A DNA stretch of 64,000 nucleotides from an uncultured Friedmanniella sp. (GTDB taxonomy: Bacteria > Actinomycetota > Actinomycetes > Propionibacteriales > Propionibacteriaceae), in contig NZ_CAXTHG010000005.1 in the NCBI RefSeq assembly GCF_964244005.1, forward strand, positions 106,832 through 170,831, written 5' to 3'. The translations under genes and the position numbers were made by a program. Positions 9,982-19,079 of the stretch are shown piece by piece (the first letter of the stretch is position 1; each line of letters begins with the position of its first letter). Below the pieces are notes generated by a model. That model made no database searches. It saw only the letters and a program-made list of their open reading frames with translations, and was not told where the DNA came from.

Positions 9982-11430
9982 TCAGCGGTCGGGTCGGCTG
10001 ATCCGGTCGAGGAAGCCGCGCAGCAGGGCTTCGCGCAGCGGCGGGGGAGCGAGGTCGAGCAGGGCGTTGACCGGCGCCATCCGCTCGGGCAGCGCGAGGC
10101 CGCCCGATCCGCCGGCTGCGCCGAGGCCGGCGAGGGTCAGCAGCGCGTCAAAGCCGGCGTCGTCCAGGGTCGCCGGGTCCACCGCCGCGAGCGCTCCGCG
10201 CACCTGCGGGTCGACCCCGATCGGTCCGGTCGCGACCACCGCGTCGACCGCCTGGCCCAAGGCGACAAGGAACTCCGGCAGCAGCGGTACGGTCGCCGCG
10301 CTGACCGAGAGGTGCAGGCTGGCCGGGAACGGCCCAAAGCGCAGCTGGGGCTGGGCGTACCAGCCGCGGGCCAAGAGCTCGTCAGCGATGCTGAACACGT
10401 CGACCGACGCGTCGGCGGTGACCGCGACCAGGCTCGACTCGGGCGTGCACAGCACCCGGAGGTGGTCGATCCGGTCGACGCCGGCGACGAGCGCCTCGAC
10501 CCCGCGGCGTACCGTCCGGGCCAGCTCGGCGTAGCCGCTGTCGCCGATGTAGCGGGTGACCGCCCACGCCGCGGCGAGCGGACCGCCGGACTTCGTCGAC
10601 TGCAGGGTCGAGTTCAGCATCGTGTAGCCCGGCCAGGCGGCACTGGCGAAGAGCTGGGGCCGGCGCAGCGCGGAGTCGCGGTAGAGCAGCAGCGACGTGC
10701 CCTTCGGGGCGTACGCGTACTTGTGCAGGTCGACCGAGACGCTGGTCACCCCGGGCACGTCGAAGGCGAAGGGCCGCAGCGTCGGGTCGTCGCGGCGGAG
10801 GTAGGGCAGCAGCCAGCCGCCGATACACGCGTCGACGTGGCAGCGGACGCCGTGCGCGGCCGCGGCGGCGGCGATCTCGGTCACCGGGTCGACCACCCCG
10901 TGCGCGTACGAGGGGGCAGAGGCGACGACCAGCACGGTGTCCGGGCTGATGGCCTCCGCCATCGCCGCCGCGTCGGCCCGTCCGGTCTCGGGATCGACGT
11001 CCACGAAGTGGCAGCGGACCCCGAAGTAGTGCCCGGCCTTGTGGAACGACGCGTGCGCGGAGGTGGGCAGCACCATGGCGGGCCGGGCGACGTCGGGCCG
11101 GGAGTCGCGCGCAGTCTGGACGGCCAGCAGCAGCGACTCGGTGCCGCCGGAGGTGACGGTGCCGACCGTGCCGGGCGGGCCGTCCAACAGGTCGGCGGCG
11201 GTCGTGACCAGGTCCTGCTCCATCGCCCGCAGCGAGGGGAACGCGGTCGGGTCGAGACCGTTCGTCCCCCCGTACGCGGCGAGCGCCTCGCGGCCGAGCG
11301 CGTCGGCCTCGGCGAGGCCGGAGTCGTAGACGTAGGCCAGCGTCCGGCCCCCGGTGGTCGGCAGGTCGGAGCGGCGCAGTGCGTCCAGGGCGGCGCGCAC
11401 CTCGTCGGCGGTGCTCCCGTCGGAGATCAC
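9982..11430 (-). CDS. PLP-dependent group II decarboxylase / sphingosine-1-phosphate lyase-like enzyme
   Basis: TSGGTESLLLA, AHASFHKAGHYFG, HVDACIGG, SVSVDLHKY (PLP Lys), GYTMLNSTLQSTKSGG. Confidence 0.85.
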   Translation of the reverse strand: MISDGSTADEVRAALDALRRSDLPTTGGRTLAYVYDSGLAEADALGREALAAYGGTNGLDPTAFPSLRAMEQDLVTTAADLLDGPPGTVGTVTSGGTESLLLAVQTARDSRPDVARPAMVLPTSAHASFHKAGHYFGVRCHFVDVDPETGRADAAAMAEAISPDTVLVVASAPSYAHGVVDPVTEIAAAAAAHGVRCHVDACIGGWLLPYLRRDDPTLRPFAFDVPGVTSVSVDLHKYAYAPKGTSLLLYRDSALRRPQLFASAAWPGYTMLNSTLQSTKSGGPLAAAWAVTRYIGDSGYAELARTVRRGVEALVAGVDRIDHLRVLCTPESSLVAVTADASVDVFSIADELLARGWYAQPQLRFGPFPASLHLSVSAATVPLLPEFLVALGQAVDAVVATGPIGVDPQVRGALAAVDPATLDDAGFDALLTLAGLGAAGGSGGLALPERMAPVNALLDLAPPPLREALLRGFLDRISRPDR

Positions 11431-12755
11431 GGCATCACCACGTCCTCGGTGGTCGAGCGGACCCGGGCGGGCGACCCGTACCCGCGCAGGGCCAGCAGGC
11501 TGAGCAGGATGAGGGCCGCCGGGACCGCCGAGAAGCCGACCGTGATCGCCGTGCCCGCGCTCGCCGGCTGAACGACCTGGTCGCTGCGCGAGGAGACGTA
11601 GCCGCCGAGCGCGAGCAGCAGGGCGAGCACCGCCGGACCCGTCGCAAGCCCCAGCGTCTCCCCGGCGGTCCAGATGCCGGTCAGCACGCCCACCCGGTTC
11701 TCACCGGTCCGGGTGGCGTCGTCGGCGGCGGTGTCGGGCAGCATGGCCAGCGGGAACAGCTGGCAGCCCGCGTAGCCGGCCCCGGCCAGGGCGGTCAGCG
11801 CGAAGGTCACCGCCACGGGGGTGTGTCCGGCGCTCAGCAGCCCCAGCGCCGCGGCCGCCAGCAGCAGCGACGACGCGCGGTAGCCGGCTTTCTTGCCGGT
11901 CCGGTCGGCCACCTGCCGCCACAGCGGTGTCACCAGCAGGGCCGGACCCACGAAGCAGGCGAAGAGCACCGCCGAGGCGCCGGGACTGCCGAGCACCTCC
12001 CGCGCGAGGTAGTCCACGGCGGCGAGCATGCAGCCGATGGCCAGCGCCTGCAGCACGAAGGTGGCGAGCAGCCGGCGGAAGTCGGCGACCCCGAGCGCGA
12101 GCCGCAGCTGCACGGCCAGACCACCGACCGGTGAGGGCACGCTGCGGACCGACGCCCCCGCCGTACCCCACCAGGCGCCGAGCGCGCCCACGACGATCAG
12201 CCCGGCCACGGCGAGAGCCATCGCGCGGTAGCCGGCCGCCCCGCCGACGGCGTCGCGGATCACGGGTGCGGTCGCCCCGCTGGCCAGGATGGCGACCGCC
12301 AGCACCGCGACCCGCCAGGTGAGCAGGACCGTCCGCTCGCGCGGGTCGTCGGTGAGCTCGGCGGGCAGGGCGACGTAGGGGACCTGGAAGACCGAGTACG
12401 CGACGGCGCAGAGCGTGAACGCCACCACCACCCAGCCGGCGGCGAAGGCGGCCGGACCCTGCGGACCCCAGAAGAGCAGCACGAAGCCGACGGCCAGGCC
12501 AAGCCCGCCGACGAGCAGGAACGGGCGCCGGCCCGAGCGGTCGGCCAGTCGGTCGCTGACCCGTCCGGTCAGCGGGTTGAGGACGACGTCCACCGCTTTC
12601 GGGAGGAAGACGATCAGTCCGGCGGCGAGCGCGGCGATCCCGAGGGTGTCAGTGAGGTAGGGCAGCAGCAGCAACCCGGGGACCGTACCGAACGACCCGG
12701 TCGCCACCCCACCTAGCGCGTACCCGAACCGAAGTCGTCCCGACAGCCCGCGCAC
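11427..12755 (-). CDS. MFS transporter, glycoside-pentoside-hexuronide (MelB-like) family
   Basis: DVVLNPLTGRVSD, GRRPFLL, FQVPYVALPAELT..ERT, AMLPD motifs; about 12 TM segments. GTG start. Confidence 0.85.
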   Translation of the reverse strand: MRGLSGRLRFGYALGGVATGSFGTVPGLLLLPYLTDTLGIAALAAGLIVFLPKAVDVVLNPLTGRVSDRLADRSGRRPFLLVGGLGLAVGFVLLFWGPQGPAAFAAGWVVVAFTLCAVAYSVFQVPYVALPAELTDDPRERTVLLTWRVAVLAVAILASGATAPVIRDAVGGAAGYRAMALAVAGLIVVGALGAWWGTAGASVRSVPSPVGGLAVQLRLALGVADFRRLLATFVLQALAIGCMLAAVDYLAREVLGSPGASAVLFACFVGPALLVTPLWRQVADRTGKKAGYRASSLLLAAAALGLLSAGHTPVAVTFALTALAGAGYAGCQLFPLAMLPDTAADDATRTGENRVGVLTGIWTAGETLGLATGPAVLALLLALGGYVSSRSDQVVQPASAGTAITVGFSAVPAALILLSLLALRGYGSPARVRSTTEDVVMP

Positions 12756-12880
12756 GCGCCCATTGTGTCCCAGCCGGCCCCGCGGGTAGGCGGGTGTCGC
12801 GGCCCCCGCCCTGGAAATCGACCCCGAGAAGGGGCAATAGTGCCTCCGCGGTCATGATTGGCGCGTCTGGGGGTCGATTC

Positions 12881-14020
12881 TCAGGGCGGAGTGTCGGAGA
12901 GGAGCTCCCGCCGACGGAGGATCGGCAGGACGCCTTCGGCGAACCAGTAGGCCTCCTCGACGTGGGGGTAGCCCGACATCACGAACTCGTCGATACCGAC
13001 GGCGGCGTACTCGGCGATCAGGTCGGCCACCTCGGTGTGGCTGCCGACCAGCGCGGTGCCGGCGCCGCTGCGCATCAGGCCGATACCGGACCAGAGGCCG
13101 GGATGGATCTCCAGGGCGTGGGCGTCCGACGGTGCCGTGCCGCCGTGCAGGGCGCGCATCCGCCGCTGCCCCTCGGACTCACTCGAGGCGAGCACGGCCT
13201 GCGTCCGCCGGACCTCCGCCGGGTCGAGCTGGGCGAGCATGTCGTCGGCAACCGTCCACGCGTCCTCGGAGCGGTCCCGGCTGATCGTGTGCAGCCGGAC
13301 CCCGAACCGGACGCCTCTGCCGGCCTCGGCGGCCAGCGCCCGGATCCGGTCGACCTTGGCGGCCACGTCGGCAGGCGGCTCGCCCCAGGTGAGGTAGACG
13401 TCGACGTGGTGCGCCACCACGACCCCGGCGGCGGGTGAGGAACCGCCCAGGTAGATCGGCGGCACGGTGGCCGGCTGGCGGGTCCGGGCGTCCTCGACGT
13501 CGTAGAAGGTGCCCGAGAAGTCGGTGCCCTCGTTGCCGAAGGAGCCGCGGAAGACCTGCAGGAACTCCGCGGCCCGGGCGTACCGGCTGTCCTTGTCGAT
13601 CCGGTCGCCGAAGCGCAGCTGTTCGGAGCGGTCGCCACCGACCACCACGTTGAGCAGCAGCCGGTCGCCCGAGAGCCGCTGGAAGGTCGACGCCATCTGG
13701 GCGAGCAGCGTCGGGGCGATGAGGCCGGGCCGCAGTGCGACCAGGAACTTGAGCCGCTCGGTCTGCGTGATCAACGCGGACGTGACGACCCAGGCGTCCT
13801 CGCACGGCGTTCCCGTCGGCGTCAGCACGGCGTCGAAGCCCAGGTCCTCGGCCGTCCGGGCCACGTGGGCGAGATATCGCAGGTCTGGTTCCCGGAAGCG
13901 ACCGGCAGTGTCGATCGATCCGCCGGCGCGGCCGAGGTCGGTCGGGACACTGTGCCCGCCGCCGACGAGGGAACGGCTGTCACCGGTCGTGGGCAGGAAC
14001 CAGTCAAAGGTCAGCGCCAT
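12881..14020 (-). CDS. LLM-class flavin-dependent oxidoreductase (SsuD-like alkanesulfonate monooxygenase)
   Basis: FDWFLPTTGD, AEDLGFDAVLTPTG, LKFLVALRPG, DVYLTWGEP, ALVGSH.EVA, FVMSGYPHVEEAY. Confidence 0.9.
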   Translation of the reverse strand: MALTFDWFLPTTGDSRSLVGGGHSVPTDLGRAGGSIDTAGRFREPDLRYLAHVARTAEDLGFDAVLTPTGTPCEDAWVVTSALITQTERLKFLVALRPGLIAPTLLAQMASTFQRLSGDRLLLNVVVGGDRSEQLRFGDRIDKDSRYARAAEFLQVFRGSFGNEGTDFSGTFYDVEDARTRQPATVPPIYLGGSSPAAGVVVAHHVDVYLTWGEPPADVAAKVDRIRALAAEAGRGVRFGVRLHTISRDRSEDAWTVADDMLAQLDPAEVRRTQAVLASSESEGQRRMRALHGGTAPSDAHALEIHPGLWSGIGLMRSGAGTALVGSHTEVADLIAEYAAVGIDEFVMSGYPHVEEAYWFAEGVLPILRRRELLSDTPP

Positions 14021-14103
14021 CCCTCACCTTTCGGGCCGGCTGTGGCAAGGAGCACGGCGAAACACTAGCCTTGTCCGGTCTCTCCCTACATTCCCTGCAG
14101 GGA

Positions 14104-14132
14104 TTGACACCCCGCGCCTGGATCTCTACTGT
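14104..14132 (+). promoter_or_regulatory. Housekeeping-sigma promoter TTGACA-N17-TACTGT for the riboswitch/tau operon
   Basis: TTGACA at 14104-14109 and TACTGT at 14127-14132, 17-bp spacer, directly upstream of the riboswitch. A perfect 12-bp palindrome TCCCTGCAGGGA (14092-14103) abuts the -35. Confidence 0.75.
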
Positions 14133-14138
14133 TCTGGC

Positions 14139-14256
14139 CAGGTCATGAGTATCAGCTTCAAGCCCTGGCTGGCTGATCGGCAACCCTCGCTCGCGGTGGG
14201 GTGCCCCAGGTGAGGACCCGACAGGAGCCGAACCCCGCTCCTGTAAGCGCTGGTCT
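14139..14256 (+). ncRNA. SAM-IV riboswitch
   Basis: GGTCATGAGT..CAGC..CAAGCCC.GGCT.GCTG..CGGCAACCCTC...CGCGGTGGGGTGCCCC.GGTGA.GACC matches the actinobacterial SAM-IV pattern as recalled. It lies upstream of sulfur-acquisition genes. Confidence 0.88.
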
Positions 14257-14293
14257 CGTCTCCGACGGGCCTCGACCCGAACAGGTACGCCCC

Positions 14294-14329
14294 ATGGTCA
14301 TGATGTGTCGCCGCCACCGGTGTTGCTAG
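14294..14329 (+). CDS. Putative Met/Cys-rich leader peptide MVMMCRRHRCC
   Basis: ATG GTC ATG ATG TGT CGC CGC CAC CGG TGT TGC TAG. Three Met and three Cys in 11 codons, between the riboswitch and tauC. Confidence 0.5.
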   Translation: MVMMCRRHRCC

Positions 14330-14458
14330 CCCCTGAGAGCAACCTCCGCAGAGCACGAACCAGGCTCCAGACCCCCCACCCGGCTTCAGCCCGACTTCCC
14401 CTCAGCCGCGCGGTACGACCCCGTCGTACCCGGCATCCACTCCGTCCAAGGAACACCC

Positions 14459-15367
14459 ATGACTCTGGTCGACGACCGTCCTCCGCCCACCACGCCCGCC
14501 GACGCCACCCGAGCTCGGCCGGCACCACCTGCCCGGTCCGGCTCCCTGGACGCCGGCGACACGTCGGCTGTCCTGGGCGCTCGGGGCGGACTGGGCCGAC
14601 GGCTCGGCCTGCGGCTGCTGGCCGTGGTGCTGCTGATCGGCGTCTGGTGGGCCGTCGCGGCCTGGGGTGAGGACGACCCGGTCATCCGGCCCTCCCCGGG
14701 GCTGGTCTGGGACACGTTCGTGCAGCTCAACACCACCCACGACGGCGTCCGCGGCTACAACGGCCAGCTGCTGATCGAGCACCTGGCCGTCAGCCTGCGC
14801 CGCATCCTGATCGGTTCGGCCATCGGCATCGCCGGCGGGCTCGTCCTCGGCGTCGTCCTGGGGACGGTGAGCTGGGTACGGGTGATGGCTGAGCCGCTGG
14901 TGACCTTCGTCCGGGCGCTACCGCCGCTGGCCTACTTCAGCCTGTTCGTCATCTGGTTCGGGATCGACGAGACGCCGAAGATCTGGCTGCTGGCGGTGGC
15001 GGCGCTGCCCCCGGTCGCGGTGGCCACGGCTGCGGCGGTGGTCTCGGCGCCGATCAGCCTGGTCGAGTCGGTCCGGGCCCTGGGAGCCCGGCGGATCGAC
15101 ACCATCCGCGACGTGATCCTGCCCGCCGCCCTGCCCGAGATCCTGACCGGCATCCGGATCGCTGTGGGCATCGCCTACTCCTCGGTGGTGGCGGCCGAGA
15201 CGATCAACGGCCTGCCGGGCATCGGCGGGATGGTCCGCGACGCCCAGCGCTACAACAACACCGCCGAGGTCTTGGTCGGCATCATCGCCATCGGCATCTC
15301 CGGCCTGGTCATCGACGGCCTGCTCAGCGCCGCCGGCCGCCGGCTGGCCCCCTGGCGCGGGCGATGA
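14459..15367 (+). CDS. tauC: Taurine/sulfonate ABC transporter permease
   Basis: SLRRILIG, FVRALPPLAY, GIDETPKI, ALPEILTGIR, VVAAE; in an operon with tauA/B/D. Confidence 0.85.
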   Translation: MTLVDDRPPPTTPADATRARPAPPARSGSLDAGDTSAVLGARGGLGRRLGLRLLAVVLLIGVWWAVAAWGEDDPVIRPSPGLVWDTFVQLNTTHDGVRGYNGQLLIEHLAVSLRRILIGSAIGIAGGLVLGVVLGTVSWVRVMAEPLVTFVRALPPLAYFSLFVIWFGIDETPKIWLLAVAALPPVAVATAAAVVSAPISLVESVRALGARRIDTIRDVILPAALPEILTGIRIAVGIAYSSVVAAETINGLPGIGGMVRDAQRYNNTAEVLVGIIAIGISGLVIDGLLSAAGRRLAPWRGR

Positions 15368-15429
15368 CGACCACCACCCCCTCGTTCTCTTCCTCTGCAG
15401 CAATCCCGTACCGATCCGAAGGACCACCC

Positions 15430-16473
15430 ATGCACCCTCGCCGCCGTTTCCTCCGTGCTCTCGGAGCCGGTCTCGCCGCCACCTCCCTGGTCACGCTCGC
15501 CGCCTGCGGCGGGGGAGGGGGTGCTGCGGCCCCGGAGGACAAGACGATCCGCATCGCCTACCAGAAGTTCCCCAGCGGCGACCTGATCGTCAAGAACCAG
15601 GGCCTGCTGGAGAAGGCGCTGCCCGACTACAAGATCGAGTGGAAGGTCTTCGACTCCGGCGCCAGCATCAACACCGCGTACGTGGCGAAGGCCGTCGACG
15701 TCGCCGCCATCGGGTCGAGTCCGGTCGCCCGCGGTCTGTCGGGGCCGCTGAACCTGCCCTACAAGGTCGCGTTCATCCTCGACGTGGCCGGCGACAACGA
15801 GGCGCTGGTCGCCTCCAACGCCTCCGGGGTGACCAAGGTCGCCGACCTGCGCGGCAAGAAGATCGCCACCTCGTTCAGCTCGACCGCGCACTACAGCCTG
15901 CTCGTCGCCCTGAAGCAGGCCGGGCTGACTGAGCAGGACGTGACGCTGGTCGACCTCGAGCCGCAGGACATCCTCGCGGCCTGGAAGCGCGGGGACATCG
16001 ACGCCGCGTACACCTGGCTGCCCAACCTGGACGAGCTGCGCAAGACCGGCAAGACGCTGGTGGCCAGCAAGGACCTCGCCACCGCCGGCAAGCCGACGCT
16101 GGACCTGGGCGTGGTGTCGGACGCCTTCATCAGCGCGCACCCTGAGGCCGTCGACGCCTGGCGCAAGGCCGAGGCGCAGGCCCTGACCACGATCAAGGAC
16201 CAGCCCGACCAGGCCAACCAGGCTGTGGCCGCCGAGCTCGGCATCACCCCCGAGGAGGCCGCCGGGCAGCTGAAGCAGGGCGTGTACCTGACGTCGGCGG
16301 AGCTGACCAGTCCCACCTGGCTGGGCACGGAGCAGTCGGTCGGCAAAGCCTCGACCTACCTGCACGACGCCGCGGTCTTCCTGGCTGAGCAGAAGCAGAT
16401 CCCGGCCGCGCCCGACCAGAAGGTCTTCGACGACGCCATCTACCGGAAGGGTCTGTCCAGTGACCTCAACTAG
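15430..16473 (+). CDS. tauA: Taurine/sulfonate ABC substrate-binding lipoprotein
   Basis: RRRFLR with LAAC lipobox; KVFDSGASIN, IGSSP, STAHYSLL, DAAYTW. Confidence 0.85.
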   Translation: MHPRRRFLRALGAGLAATSLVTLAACGGGGGAAAPEDKTIRIAYQKFPSGDLIVKNQGLLEKALPDYKIEWKVFDSGASINTAYVAKAVDVAAIGSSPVARGLSGPLNLPYKVAFILDVAGDNEALVASNASGVTKVADLRGKKIATSFSSTAHYSLLVALKQAGLTEQDVTLVDLEPQDILAAWKRGDIDAAYTWLPNLDELRKTGKTLVASKDLATAGKPTLDLGVVSDAFISAHPEAVDAWRKAEAQALTTIKDQPDQANQAVAAELGITPEEAAGQLKQGVYLTSAELTSPTWLGTEQSVGKASTYLHDAAVFLAEQKQIPAAPDQKVFDDAIYRKGLSSDLN

Positions 16474-17269
16474 CACCTCGGGGACCGCCCCGACGACGGG
16501 GACCGCTGCAGCCGTCGAGGTCGAGCAGGTGACGCGCCGGTACGGCCGCGGCGACCAGGCCGTGACCGCCCTCGGTCCCGTCGACCTGCGGATCGACACG
16601 GGAGAGTTCCTCGTGCTGGTGGGGGCGTCCGGCTGCGGCAAGTCCACCCTGCTGCGACTGATCGCCGGCTTCGAGGAGCCGTCGACCGGACGGGTCACCG
16701 TCGCCGGCGCCGCGCCGGAGCCAGGACGGGGAGCCGGGCTGGTCTTCCAACAGCCCCGGCTGCTGCCCTGGCGCACCGTCGGCAGCAACGTCGACCTGGC
16801 CCTGCGCTACGCCGGGTTGGCGGCGTCCGAGCGCGTCGCGCGGCGGGACGCCCTGCTGCACCGGGTCGGTCTCGACGGGATAGCCCACCGGCGGATCTGG
16901 GAGATCTCCGGTGGTCAGCAGCAGCGGGTCGCGATCGCCCGCGCCCTGGCGGTGGATTCTCAGCTGCTGCTGCTGGACGAGCCGTTCGCCGCCCTCGACG
17001 CCCTCACCCGCGAGCGTCTCCAGGAGGACCTGCGCCAGGTCAGTGCCGAGACTCACCGGACGTCGGTCTTCGTGACCCACAGCGTCGACGAGGCGGTGTT
17101 CCTCGGCAGCCGCGTCATCGTGCTGAGCAAGCGGCCGGGCCAGATCGCCCTCGACCTGCCGGTCGACCTGCCCCGGACGGGGGCGACTCCGGACGAGATC
17201 CGGGCCCTGCCCGCCTACGCCACCGCGCGCAGCACCGTCGCTCACGCCGTCCGTGCCGCGGCGGCCTGA
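16460..17269 (+). CDS. tauB: Taurine/sulfonate ABC ATP-binding protein
   Basis: GASGCGKST, FQQPRLLPWRTV, ISGGQQQR, DEPFAALD, FVTHSVDEAVFL. Confidence 0.88.
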   Translation: MTSTSTSGTAPTTGTAAAVEVEQVTRRYGRGDQAVTALGPVDLRIDTGEFLVLVGASGCGKSTLLRLIAGFEEPSTGRVTVAGAAPEPGRGAGLVFQQPRLLPWRTVGSNVDLALRYAGLAASERVARRDALLHRVGLDGIAHRRIWEISGGQQQRVAIARALAVDSQLLLLDEPFAALDALTRERLQEDLRQVSAETHRTSVFVTHSVDEAVFLGSRVIVLSKRPGQIALDLPVDLPRTGATPDEIRALPAYATARSTVAHAVRAAAA

Positions 17270-17287
17270 CCACCGGAAGGACTCAGC

Positions 17288-18154
17288 ATGACTCTCACCG
17301 CTCCCGCTGCCTCGACCCTCGAGCCGCTCGGCCCGTCCTTCGGCGCCGAGGTCCACGGCCTCGACCTTGCCGCGATCGACGACGGCCAGGTCGCCGCTCT
17401 CCGGCAAGCGCTCGTCGCCCACAAGGTCTTGTTCTTCCCGGGACAGGACCTGACCGACGACGAACAGGTCGAGTTCGGTCGCCGGCTCGGCCAGCTGACC
17501 GCCGCCCATCCGGTGGCGGCCCCGCTGGACGCGGCCCATCCGGAGGTCTACTCCATCGACAGCGCCGACCCGGACTTCTCGTTCTCCGACGTCTGGCACA
17601 CGGACGTGACGTTCATGGAGCACCCGCCGCTCGCCTCGATCCTGCGGGCGGTGGAGCTGCCGCCCACCGGGGGCGACACGAGCTGGGCCGACAGCCAGTT
17701 GGCGTACGAGTCGCTGTCGGCCCCGGTCCAGCGGCTCGTCGACTCCCTCGACGCCGTGCACGACGGGAACCGGGAGTGGGGCCACCACCTCAAGCACGGC
17801 CGCCGTGGCCAGGGCAACGAGTGGGACGGCAAGACGGTCACCGAGCTGACGCCGGTCGTGCACCCGGTGGTCCGCGTGCACCCCGAGTCCGGACGCAAGG
17901 GGCTGTTCGTCAACCCGGGATTCACCTCCCACATCGTGGGAGTCTCCGAGGCCGAGAGCCGAGGCATCCTCGACCTGCTCTACGCCCACCTCACCAAGCC
18001 CGAAAACACGGTCCGGCACCGCTGGCACGTCGGCGACCTCGGGGTGTGGGACAACCGGAGCACCCTGCACTACGCCAACCGGGACTACACCGCCCAGCGG
18101 GTGATGCGGCGCATCACCCTGGCCGGCGACCGGCCCTGGGGGCCGGCCCGCTGA
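17288..18154 (+). CDS. tauD: TauD/TfdA family 2-oxoglutarate-dependent dioxygenase
   Basis: WHTDVTF (HxD), GGDTSWA, HPVVRVHPESGRK, WDNRSTLHYA..DY..RVMRR. Confidence 0.92.
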   Translation: MTLTAPAASTLEPLGPSFGAEVHGLDLAAIDDGQVAALRQALVAHKVLFFPGQDLTDDEQVEFGRRLGQLTAAHPVAAPLDAAHPEVYSIDSADPDFSFSDVWHTDVTFMEHPPLASILRAVELPPTGGDTSWADSQLAYESLSAPVQRLVDSLDAVHDGNREWGHHLKHGRRGQGNEWDGKTVTELTPVVHPVVRVHPESGRKGLFVNPGFTSHIVGVSEAESRGILDLLYAHLTKPENTVRHRWHVGDLGVWDNRSTLHYANRDYTAQRVMRRITLAGDRPWGPAR

Positions 18155-18160
18155 GGCCAG

Positions 18161-18239
18161 CCGCTGACCAATGCTCCGGCGATCGAGCGGTGAGGCGGTT
18201 CCGGGCCGCTCAGCGCAACTGCGGAGCATCCGTCAGCGG
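18161..18239. repeat. Imperfect inverted repeat (REP-like / bidirectional terminator) between convergent genes
   Basis: CCGCTGACCAATGCTCCG (18161-18178) pairs with CGGAGCATCCGTCAGCGG (18222-18239) at 16/18; inner GAGCGG/CCGCTC stem. Confidence 0.55.
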
Positions 18240-18366
18240 TGGCGCGCCGTCAGGCGCGTGGCCAGGGCCGTCGTCGCTGGTCGCCCTGGTCCGCGGCTCT
18301 GGCGAGGTGTCCACCCGACGGGGTCAAGGCCAGTCGTACCTGCAGTCGTGCCGTGCGGACAGCAGC

Positions 18367-19071
18367 TCACACCCAGCCGTCGAGCACGGCGACGAAGCCT
18401 TCAGGGTCGTCGGCGTGGAGCACGTGGCCGGCGCCCGCCAGGACGCGGAACTCATACCCGGCGGCCTCGAGCTGTCGCCGCTGATCAGCTCCGACCAAGT
18501 CGGACGGGTCGGCCAGCACGATCAACGACGGCACGACGGGCGGCGACGGCGGCATCACGTCGATATCGAGCATCCCGGGAGCGCGCAGCATCTCAGCCGA
18601 CCAGCGGGAGTACGAGGCCAGTGACTGGTCGATCTCGCTCGGCGTCCACTCGGGGTGGAAGCTGAAGAGCTCGTCGCGGGTCATCGGGGTGCCGTCGACG
18701 AACTGGGGGAACGTGCCGTCAGCGATGGCGTCGGGATCCAGCGGGCCGAAGGCCGGATCCAGGTAGACCGCCTTTCCTGGCCGGAGGTCACTCACAGCCC
18801 GGGCTAGCACACGCCCGCCCAGCGAGTGCCCGGCGATCACGTCGATACCGGTCGGCAGCGACTCGACGAGGTCGCCGGCGAAGTCGTCGATCGCGTACGA
18901 GGGGCCTGGACCGGTGAGACCGTGCCCGCGAAGGTCGGGCGTCAACACCCGGTACCCGCGCTGGACGTACACCGACACGATGTCGCGCCACGTGCCGCGA
19001 TCACCACTGGCACCGTGGATCAGGACGAGGGTCTTGCCCCCGTCACCGAACTCGTCGATGTGCAGCTTCAT
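18367..19071 (-). CDS. Alpha/beta fold hydrolase
   Basis: VLIHG, PDLRGHG, GHSLGG nucleophile elbow, GAGHVLH. Confidence 0.9.
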   Translation of the reverse strand: MKLHIDEFGDGGKTLVLIHGASGDRGTWRDIVSVYVQRGYRVLTPDLRGHGLTGPGPSYAIDDFAGDLVESLPTGIDVIAGHSLGGRVLARAVSDLRPGKAVYLDPAFGPLDPDAIADGTFPQFVDGTPMTRDELFSFHPEWTPSEIDQSLASYSRWSAEMLRAPGMLDIDVMPPSPPVVPSLIVLADPSDLVGADQRRQLEAAGYEFRVLAGAGHVLHADDPEGFVAVLDGWV

Positions 19072-19079
19072 CGTCCACC

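Noticed and set aside
9790-11571. Long antisense ORFs (e.g. 9790-11571, 21289-23124, 31075-33447, 16466-18229, 50568-52256)
   Set aside because: They are shadow frames of well-supported genes in high-GC DNA and show no domain motifs.
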